NCBI GenBank assembly: GCA_964016885.1
Contig: OZ024760.1
Location: forward strand, 17,360,001-17,424,000
DNA: 64,000 nucleotides
Origin: Eledone cirrhosa
Taxonomy: Eukaryota
Direction: 5' to 3'
The position numbers and the translations under genes are program-made. The notes beneath the pieces were generated by a model. That model was not told where the DNA came from, ran no database searches, and saw nothing but the letters and a program-made list of their open reading frames with translations. The first letter of the stretch is position 1, and the number at the start of each line of letters is the position of its first letter. Shown in pieces: positions 54,319 through 64,000 of the stretch.

Positions 54319-54499
54319 AATCAACATCTAGGCACCAAACAGCACCATTGTGACCACGATAACTTCCCAGACGTTCACCGTTAAGAGAAAACCAGACATT
54401 CGGTGTGGAATCTTTTGCACAAGAGAAAATCAAATCTCCTTCTCTACTGTATTTGATCTGTGTGATGGACCGCTCATGTCCATGGAGCATAATAGGTTT
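54319..54499 (-). CDS. EIF3I: eIF3i exon 2
   Basis: [30 protein letters not shown]...[12 protein letters not shown]. Confidence 0.96.
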
Positions 54500-56594
54500 C
54501 TGAGGAGAGAGAGAAAAACAAAAATGTATTCATACATATATATATATACAAGTAATACATTTGTCAAATATATATATATATAATGTGTTTTTGACCTTGG
54601 AAACTACAGTGGAGCCTTCTAGCTGTAGGTTAGACTCTATCCCTAGGGAAAGACGCTTGTAAAGTGTTTAACTTCATCAGTGATTTTGTATAAGATGTTC
54701 TATCATCATCATCGTTTTACATCCGCTTTTCCCTGCTTGCAAGAGTGGGATGGGTCCTATTCAGCACAGCATCTCTCCGCTTGTCACGGTCCTTCATCAT
54801 CATCTCCGTGTTCCAGCAGGTCCTGTCAGAAGCAACCGCTTCAAACTGATCCAGCTGGATCCCCAAGTGAGACATTCTAACCACATGCCCATAGTATCGG
54901 AGCTGTGATCTCTCAATTCAGTAGCAGCTCTACCTGGATTGACTCTCTGATCTCCAAGCTTAATTTTTTTAAAAAGGTGTGTCGCCAAAGTAATTTTTAT
55001 TTAGCCAAAAGTATGTTGTTCAGCATCAAGTCAATCCTGATTGATCATCGCGTGTAAAAAGAATATGTAATTGTAATGTATATTTACACAAGAAATAACG
55101 ATTGTATGAAAAGTTTGACTATCATAGACAATAGATCTAATAATAAAATATAATTATCTCGTCTCATTCAGCAATTTATTTTGCATGCTTCGCTCACACA
55201 CACACATTATATATATATAGCATAGTTACGTCCTATTACGGTCTAAGTTCAAATCCCGTCGAGGTTAACTTTGCCTTTCATCCTTATGGGGTCGATAAAA
55301 TAAAGTACCAGTAATGTACTGGGTATTTGCTGGCCTTGTGACAAAAGTAGAAACAATTATATATATATATAATACAGAATTAATATATAATACAATTATA
55401 TATATATATAATACAGAAGACCTGACCCCCCACGGGTACAAGCCAAAGCTGAAGCATATAGACAATAAGCCCCCACACCCTTCCACTGCAAAGTGGTCGT
55501 GGAGGTGTCACGGCAAAAAAGCACCCAGACCACACTGTAAAGTGGTTGGTCGTGCAGGCGCCACGGAAAAAAAGCACCCAGCACTCCCTGTAAATGAGGT
55601 TGGTGTTAGGAAAGGGCATCCAGCTGTAGAAATCAAGCGAGAATCAGTTCCCATATGAGCAAAACAAGGTCAGCCGACCGGACACTGCCCACAACAGGGC
55701 AACCCGTCTAACCCATGCTAGCGTGGAAGAACGGACGTAAAACGGTGATGATGATATATTTAGAAAGTGAACAACACAATATATAACTACTCCATTACGA
55801 AAGGTTTCTGGACAAGAGACAATATTAACATACATCTAGTTCGTTTATCAGATAAAGGGGTTATTGTGTTGTTCACTTTCTAATTAAATAGCTCTGTTTT
55901 ATACATAGAGCACTCTTTTTTCCTTTGCTTTTTCTTCGGAATTACTTAACACACACACACACATATACATATATATATATAAGTACCTAAATATAACTTG
56001 TATATATGTATATATAAACATATATATGTCTTCACCATAACAGAAGTCCGATGAGCTTTTGATTCCAGAGTCAGGTCCGATCGATACGGGTCGAACCTTG
56101 AGCTGATCAATCGTAAAACGTGCATCACATCTCAATAAATGTAATGAAAATTAACACCTCGTCCATATTATTACTATATATATAAATATATATATATATA
56201 TTTATATTTCATTTCTATAATACGAAGAGGGTGTTTAACTCCAACACGCTCCAGTATTTTAACCCTTATATATATACACATATACACACACACACGTAAA
56301 GAATCCGGTGAATTAGACGCGATATTTTCAATATCTTATTTCGCGATCTATTGTCAAACCAATATATATAGCAACAATATGGTATATATAAACAGCCGGT
56401 ATTTAATGTTTTCTACTGGGTGTATATAACAAAACATACATAGATTAGTATAAACAATAAACCTGAAGGAAATTTAGCTTTTTTTTTTTTATATATTTTT
56501 GTTCACCGAATAAATTATATTTAATATTAACTCAACTCTTCACACGAACATATTGGTGGCATTAATTACATACTGCTATATATACATTTTATAG

Positions 56595-56638
<44 letters not shown>

Positions 56639-56792
56639 TATATATATATATATAACAGTAACTAGACGTTACAATCCCTAAATTGTCTGGAACTAGCTAT
56701 TGAAACGGCAAGAGCTCAGCCGACGGGGCCTTAACTCATAACATATTGATGGCATTACACTAGTATATAAACATTTTATAGCGGATATATAT

Positions 56793-56841
<49 letters not shown>

Positions 56842-57294
56842 CATAATATATACATCCGCTATAAAAAGCTTATATAGCGATCTAATGTCATCAATATATA
56901 TATATATATATAATTATATATATAAATATAATATATATATGGCATATAGTACAACATATGAATGTATAAATATCAATAGTATATATAATAATATAATATA
57001 TATATTCATATAATCAATATAATAATCATAGCTATAGTAAATACAGTGTGGATATCCGACTGGATGCGGAGTTTCTTTTCCTCCAAAAGTACCTCATGTC
57101 AGACAGAGGAGTAAGAATAGTTGCATGGCACAGCATTTCATGTCGATTGCCGTCATTATCTCAGCTAGAAGATCTTACATATATATATATGTATAGAAAA
57201 AGAGGTTTATGTAGAAAATATGATACAATAGGGAAGAGTGGAAAATAATATATAGTTAAATAGTGAAGGAGAAGATTGTGAAAAAATATTTTAC

Positions 57295-57297
57295 CAT
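57295..57297 (-). CDS. EIF3I: eIF3i exon 1 coding part (ATG only)
   Basis: Minus strand ttcatcATG|GTAAAA; exon 2 lacks only the initiator Met; adjacent TOP-like tract and promoter motifs. Confidence 0.75.
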
Positions 57298-57344
57298 GAT
57301 GAAATTGTGGAGAAGATACAGCGATTATAAAGAGACGGAGAATG

Positions 57345-57540
57345 ACGAGTGAGAGAAAGAGTGCGCATGTGCTACAACCGGTGTAAACTGAAAGAAAGCG
57401 ACTGGATAATGTTTCGTCCTGTATGACGCATCTCATTTAAACTACAGAATTAAGCCTGTGATATGACTATAGTTTAGGATAATCCTTCGTATTAAGATTT
57501 CAGACGACTTCCGGTAATTTCCGTGAATCAAAATGGCGCT
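57345..57540 (-). promoter_or_regulatory. eIF3i housekeeping promoter with TCT/TOP-like start
   Basis: CTCTTTCTCTC on minus strand (~57350-57361), NRF1-like TGCGCATGT, CRE-like TGACGCA, ETS ACTTCCGGT, YY1 AAAATGGCG. Confidence 0.65.
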
Positions 57541-58948
57541 AAACTGTAGTTAAACCTCTCTGTATATATACATATATCTATGTATTAGGAGTGGCATGTT
57601 CAAATAAAACGCGCACACGCACATACACCAGTTGAGTTTAACTTCAGTTTTATTATTAGTATTGGCATTATCGGTAGAGGGTCGGACGCCATGCTTTGAC
57701 GCATAGAGTTACGGCCCTTGCGAATCTGAGTTCAAATCCCGCCGAGGTTAACTTTGCCTTTCATCCTTACGGGGTCGATAAAATAAAGTACCAGTAATGT
57801 ACTGATTATTTGCTGGCCTTGTGCCAAATGTAGAAACAATTATTAGTACTGTCCAGTGGATTGGCAGTATTGATAGAGCGTCGGACATGCTTCGCAGCAT
57901 AGAGTTACGGCCCTTTACGTTCTGAATTTAACTCACGTGGTCGATAAAATAAAAACACCAGTAATCCACTGGTGTCGATTTAATTGACTTTCCCTTCAAA
58001 TTGCTGTCCTTGTGCCTAAATAAGAAATAATTATTAGTTAGTTAACTAAACTATTGTTGAGTTAGTTTAGTAACTGTATTGTTGTTCAATTGCCATATGT
58101 AATTGTCAAAGTTCTTTCGTCACACATGCTGTGACCTTCCCATTAACTATTCTTGTTCCTCTGGGTAACCACAATTAGTAAGGTACTCAATATATTAGTA
58201 GAGTGTAAACATCAAGTTTAGTATAGAAATGGCTTCTACAGGACTAGAACTGTTTCATTCAAAATAAATCATCAGGGTTGTTTTTAATGCTTACCTGTGT
58301 TTTCTCTTTTATCCTTTACACTCTAAGATTGAACGTGATTCTTACAAACTTGTGGAGTTACCCCTAACCGTACGTTGAAACCGTCCATGAAACTGGCTTT
58401 CTTAACCCCACAAACTGGATTACAATAAGCAATTTTCTGCTTCCCTCACTATATATATATATATACATACACACACACATATATAGATATATATGTACAT
58501 CAAGACAAACACAGAGATGCCAAAACTATCTTAGTTTCACACATCATCGTTTAATGTCTATTTTCCATTCTAACGTGTTTAGATGGGTTGTCCCATTTGA
58601 AGCAAGTTGGGTCAGGTGACCATGTTATATTCTAACTCCCCTGCTTATTTCACACCCACTCCAATATTTGGGAGTATGGAGTATCTAAATATATATTTCT
58701 TCTTTTATTGGCTTCAATCAGAACTGTCAGAGGTCCAACACACGCGTGTGTGTGTAAACATGCAACCAGTGTTTGCATATTTAAAGTGCAATATATGTAA
58801 ACTGTTGCTATGTGTGACGGTACATAGTCTTCTAACAGACCCTGTCACCCTCTTTCCCCTCCCATCTCACTCTTGCTTTTGAGGCTGCCAAAAGTTGTTG
58901 GTGCCAAGTGGAGTTACTGCTAATGCATGGTGATATATATATATATAT

Positions 58949-59288
58949 GGAGGCACATGGCTTAGTGGTTAGAGCATTGGCCTTGCAATCGAAAGGTTGC
59001 GAGTTCAATTTTCAGACCGGGTGATGTGTTGTTTCCTTGAACAAGACACTTTATTTCACATTGCTCCAGTTTATTCAGCTGTAGAAATGAGATGATAGGG
59101 ACTGGGATCCCTATCATTCCACTGCAAAGTGGTCGTGAAGGCGCCACGGCAAAAAAGCACCCAGCACTCACTGTAAATGAGGTTGGTGTTAGGAAGGGCA
59201 TCCAGCTGTAGAAATCAAGCCAGAATTAGTTCCCGTCCCACACATGCAAGCAGGGAAAAGCGGATGTAAAATGATGATGATGATGATG
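58949..59288 (+). mobile_element. tRNA-derived SINE family 1, full length
   Basis: A/B boxes, body shared with 1918-2358, (GAT)n tail. Confidence 0.85.
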
Positions 59289-60094
59289 TGTGGAGGCACG
59301 TGGCCTAGTGGTAAGGGACTTACGATCAGACCATAATGTTGTGGGATCGATTCCTGGTTTGCGTCTCGTATTCTTGAGCAAAACAATTCATTTCACGTTG
59401 CTCCAGTATACTCAGTTGAAAATTAAAATTAGTACCAGTAATAGCTGGGTGTTTAACCCCGTGTGATAAGCACTAGCCAAATGAGTTTTATGGCTTAAGA
59501 CAGACTTTTAACTTAGGCATATATATATATAATTATATAGATACACATAATATATAATTATATATACATATAATTAATAATTATATATACATATAATTAA
59601 TAATTATATATATATATACACACATATAATTAATAATTATATATACATATAATTAATAATTATATATATATATACACACATATAATTAATAATTATATAT
59701 ACATATAATTAATAATTATATATATATATACACACATATAATTAATAATTATATATACATATAATTAATAATTATATATATATATACACATATAATTAAT
59801 AATTATATGTATATATACACATACACACATCTGTTAAACAACAACAATAACAACAATAATAATAATAAAATAAACAAATACAACAGCAGTGCCCTCTGGA
59901 GGCTACCATATTTATTTTGGAGATAATGGAGAAGTCTATTTTTGAAAAAAAGTCCAGTGTGTCTGTCTGTCTGTGAGTGGTGGGTGGGTGACATGGTGGT
60001 GGGTGGGTAGCTGCATCAGGGTCAGACTAGGAGACCCATACCCACCACCCCACACTTCCATCCACCACCACCAGCAAGCAGGACATGGCTGGTC

Positions 60095-60735
60095 AGAAGA
60101 ACCTGTTTTAGTTTTTTTTATGACACCCCCCTGTAACTTGACCACAACCAACACCAACACACCCACCACTACCTCATCGCCTTCCACCCACCAACAATTG
60201 TCCTGAGTTGTGGCCAGTGATGATGGTGGTGTGGTCGGTTGGTAGCTGGTCAGTTGGAGGGAGGGAGGGGAGATAGGGGAAAGGAGAGATCATTTAGAGG
60301 TTTAGGGGGTGACCAGGACATCAGGACAGGAGAGCTTGTTTTTTTTTTTACAGACACACACACCCTAAAACTTGACCACAACCAACACCACACACACCAC
60401 TACCTCACCACCTTCTGCCACCAACAATTGTCCTGAGTTGTGGCCAGTGATGATGGTGATGTTGGTGGCTGGTCAGTTGGAAGGAGAGATCATTTAGAGG
60501 TTTGGAGGGTGACCAGGACATCAGGACAGGGCACCTTGTTTTTTTGTTTTTTTTTAGAGACACTATAACTTGACCATGCATCTCGGAGCACCACCCACCA
60601 CTACCTCACACCCCCTCATGCATCAACAATTGTCCTGATATATGGTGGTGGTGGTGGTTGTTGGGTGGTCGGTTGGTTGATGGCTGGTCAGTTGCGCAGG
60701 GAGGAAAGAGAGGGATAGGGAGAGATCATTTCGTG
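60095..60735. repeat. about three degenerate ~220-bp tandem units
   Basis: Recurrent CAACAATTGTCCTGA (60191, 60422, 60624) and GAGATCATTT. Confidence 0.85.
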
Positions 60736-61149
60736 AGAGGGTGGCTGGCCAGAGATTTTCAAATCAACCACACACTCATATAAAGGGGGGGGGGTGAGGA
60801 GAGGTAGAGAGCAGGATAATTTTTTTTTTTTAAATAAATTTATTTTTTGATATGTTATCATCATCATCACCATCATCATCACCATCATTATTTTATAATG
60901 ATGATGGTGATGTGTATATTATTATCATTAGTATTATTATGTGTCTGGAGGTTAAAGTGGTGATTGGTTGGAGAGAAGCGGGGTAACTTGACTCTGGGAG
61001 AAGACAAGATCACTTCTGTCATTTATAGTTTGTTTTTCAAGAAGGTGGAGGCGTAGGGTGACGGTGAAATTATTATTATTTTTTTTTTCTCATATTTTTT
61101 AAAATTCTTTCTTAGAATTTAAAAAGGAATGTTTTAAAAGTGTGTATGT

Positions 61150-61830
61150 ATGTGTATGTCACACCAACACCAGTGTGTATAAGTATTATATACACTGGTG
61201 TATGTGTATGTCACACCAACACCAGTGTGTATAAGTATTTTATACACTGGTGTATGTATGTATGTATATGTATGTCACACCAACACCAGTGTGTATAAGT
61301 ATTTTATACACTGGTGTATGTATGTATGTATATGTATGTCACACCAACACCAATGTATATAAGTATTATATACACTGGTGTATATGTATGTCACACCAAC
61401 ACCAATGTATATGAGTATTATATACACTGGTGTATGTGTATGTCACACCAACACCAATGTATATGAGTATTATATACACTGGTGTATGTGTATGTCACAC
61501 CAACACCAATGTATATGAGTATTATATACACTGGTGTATGTATGTCACACCAACACCAGTGTGTATATGAGTATTATATACACTGGTGTATGTGTATGTA
61601 TGTCACACCAACACCAGTGTGTATGTATGTGTATGTCACACCAACACCAGTGTGTATATGAGTATTATATACACTGGTGTATGTGTATGTATGTCACACC
61701 AACACCAGTGTGTATGTATGTGTATGTCGCACCAACACCAGTGTGTATAAGTATTATACACACTGGTGTATGTGTATGTCACACCAACACCAATGTATAT
61801 AAGTATTATATACACTGGTGTATGTATGTG
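61150..61830. repeat. minisatellite (TATGTCACACCAACACCAGTGT...ATACACTGGTG)n with internal palindrome
   Basis: Direct reading. Confidence 0.95.
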
Positions 61831-62704
61831 TATTGTTGTTACAGCTCACACATATGGAGGTTTAGCTGACCTCTTATAAGGTTGTATTACACACAAGGTT
61901 TCTCAGGTGTTTTAATGATAGAGGGCCCTACCCCACAACAGTTCTATCATGGGCTCCACTGAGTGTGTGTGTGTGTGTATGTGTGAGAAACAGCTCTGTT
62001 AAAAAATTAATACTGAATTAGGTTATTTTTTTAATGCCTCACTGTTGGAGTGTGTGTGTGAGAGATTTTATATAGGTGTATGTGTGTGATATTTGATATA
62101 GGTTTGTATGTGTGTGTGTGAGATTTTATATAGGTGTATCTAGATGTATATATGAGTTTTATATAGGTGTATGTGTGATTTTATATAGGTCTGTGTGTGT
62201 AAGTGTGAGATTCTATATAGATGTGTGTGTATGATTTTATGTCTGTGTGTATGTGTGATTTTATATAAGTGTGTGCGTGTATGTGAGATTCTATACAGGT
62301 GTGTGCACGTGTGTTATTTTATATAGGTGTGTGTGTGTGCGTGTGTGTATGCCATGAATGTACACTGCATGCTTTTCAATTGATAAATAATTAAATAAAT
62401 GGACAGGGCAAATTTGGAGGTGAATGAATAATGACCACAGTCAACAATTCCTGTATGGACAGGGCAAAGTTTGGAGAAGAGTGGACACTGACCATAGTCA
62501 GAAAACCCTGTATGGACAGGGCAAAGTTTTGTTATTGTTAATGCTTTTTTTTATCCCTCTCGCTCACCACCGTTAAATATCACACCATCTTGTGTAAATG
62601 TGTGCATATGTATGTACATATGTGTGCGTGTGTATATATATATATATGAAAATAATATACATAGATATGGATGTATAGAGGTTTATATATTATGTGCATG
62701 TGTG

Positions 62705-62743
<39 letters not shown>

Positions 62744-63034
62744 TATATACATCTACATGTGTACATAAATATATATATATACATGCACACACACAAATAT
62801 ATGTATCAATCTTTTATTTTATATATATATATATATATTAAATATATATATATATATATTATATATATAAATATATGTGTGTGTGTGTGAGAGAGAGACA
62901 GAAAAAAGAAAAAGTGAGTTAATGAGAGAAAGTATGTGTGTGAGTGTATGCATATGCATGTTTGTGTGTATGCGTCTGAATTTATGTGTGCGTGAGACTT
63001 GAGGTACAGTAAAAAGTCCTGGGTTATTTTCTTT

Positions 63035-64000
63035 TCACTTGACCAGTCCAGCCTTTTTAGCTTCTGTTTCATATATAAGGAGCCTCCACATTTTTACGAC
63101 AAACACCTCAGCTTCATCGTCCAGTACCATCGCGACATCGTTGAGAATGTTGGCAGGAGTGCTACGACCCACCACCTTCTGACATATAAACTCTGTTAGA
63201 GTCGGTTCTTCTTCTCCGATGTACTCAACAATCTTCTTATTAACCCACGGCTTGATACGTTTGTCCATGAGGACCTGGTCAACAATAGCCCAGTCGAGTG
63301 AGTAGGTGAATAGTTCTTCCTTGCCGGTCGGTATCTGTTCGATGAGTTGTTTGATCTGTTGCCGTTTTTCTTCTATGGAGGTGACCACCTTTTTTTCAGA
63401 CTTCTCCTCCTCGTAATCCAGCGGCACAAGTTTACGTTTACCTGCCGCCGACTCGCTGGAGTAGTCGTCCTGGTTGAAAACATCACCAATCGTGATCTTC
63501 TTCCGTTTGGGATTAGACAGGTCGCTAGGGCTGTCGGATGTGCGTAGCTTCATGGCATTGAAACCAATCTTGGTGGTCACCTCTTCTTTTACGGCTGGAC
63601 TGAAAACTGGTTGAGTGTTCAGATTCCTGCTAGGGACTGTGTTGGTGTTGTTAATGCTGCAGCTGTTGTTGCTGTTGTTGTTGCTGTTGTTGTTGTTGTT
63701 ATTATTACCAGTGTCTGTGTCAGCATCATCTCCGTCACTGCCACTGTCTCTGTCATCACATCTTCCATCCACACCAACTTTTGAGATCTTTCCCTTCCTG
63801 TCAGTCTGTGATAAACTATTTGAATGAGAATTATTTACTTTTGAGGTAACAACTTTCAAAGTGGCCTGCATGCGGGGCAACGTGGACTTAGATTCTTCAG
63901 ATTTCTGTTCCCGTTTATGTGGGGAGCCGCGTCGCAATTTCGGTTCTGGTAATGGGGGCAGTAAGTGTAGACGAGGCTTTAAATGTTCATCTCTTTCTCG
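63035..64000 (-). CDS. RBM25: RNA-binding protein 25, C-terminal region with PWI domain (5'-partial)
   Basis: KRKLVPLDY...IKQLIEQIPTGKEELF...IKPWVNKKIVEYIGEEEPTL...LDDEAEVFVVKMWRLLIYETEAKK; frame open to the window edge. Confidence 0.95.
   Translation of the reverse strand, partial: RERDEHLKPRLHLLPPLPEPKLRRGSPHKREQKSEESKSTLPRMQATLKVVTSKVNNSHSNSLSQTDRKGKISKVGVDGRCDDRDSGSDGDDADTDTGNNNNNNNSNNNSNNSCSINNTNTVPSRNLNTQPVFSPAVKEEVTTKIGFNAMKLRTSDSPSDLSNPKRKKITIGDVFNQDDYSSESAAGKRKLVPLDYEEEKSEKKVVTSIEEKRQQIKQLIEQIPTGKEELFTYSLDWAIVDQVLMDKRIKPWVNKKIVEYIGEEEPTLTEFICQKVVGRSTPANILNDVAMVLDDEAEVFVVKMWRLLIYETEAKKAGLVK

Noticed and set aside
57533-57553. ATGGCG start of a + strand gene
   Set aside because: Stops after 6 codons; better explained as a YY1 motif

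Overview
Eukaryotic, microsatellite-saturated genomic DNA. The SINE and repeat content and the (TA)n load suggest a coleoid cephalopod, probably Octopus (inference). Five protein-coding loci could be reconstructed by hand. (1) The 3' part of CHERP (+, 7 exons, 44-6318). (2) A complete C8orf74-like gene (+, 5 exons, 39204-48732, 270 aa) with an RFX X-box just upstream of its ATG. (3) An intronless COQ10 ORF (+, 46416-47072) nested on the same strand inside intron 3 of that gene. (4) A complete eIF3i gene (-, 9 coding exons, 325 aa) with a clear U12-type intron and a TOP/TCT-like 5' end. (5) The uninterrupted C-terminal PWI region of RBM25 (-, running off the window). No gene could be supported between about 7 and 39 kb; that stretch is simple repeats, SINEs, MITEs and small islands between (TA)n tracts. 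The most interesting non-genic signal is several distinct families of short (TA)n-embedded elements that carry hammerhead-ribozyme folds (three look complete) and often form copy-specific fold-back palindromes, consistent with microsatellite-targeting Penelope-like elements or retrozymes. Most long ORFs in the supplied track are repeat artefacts. Homology calls rest on recalled protein sequences, not on searches.
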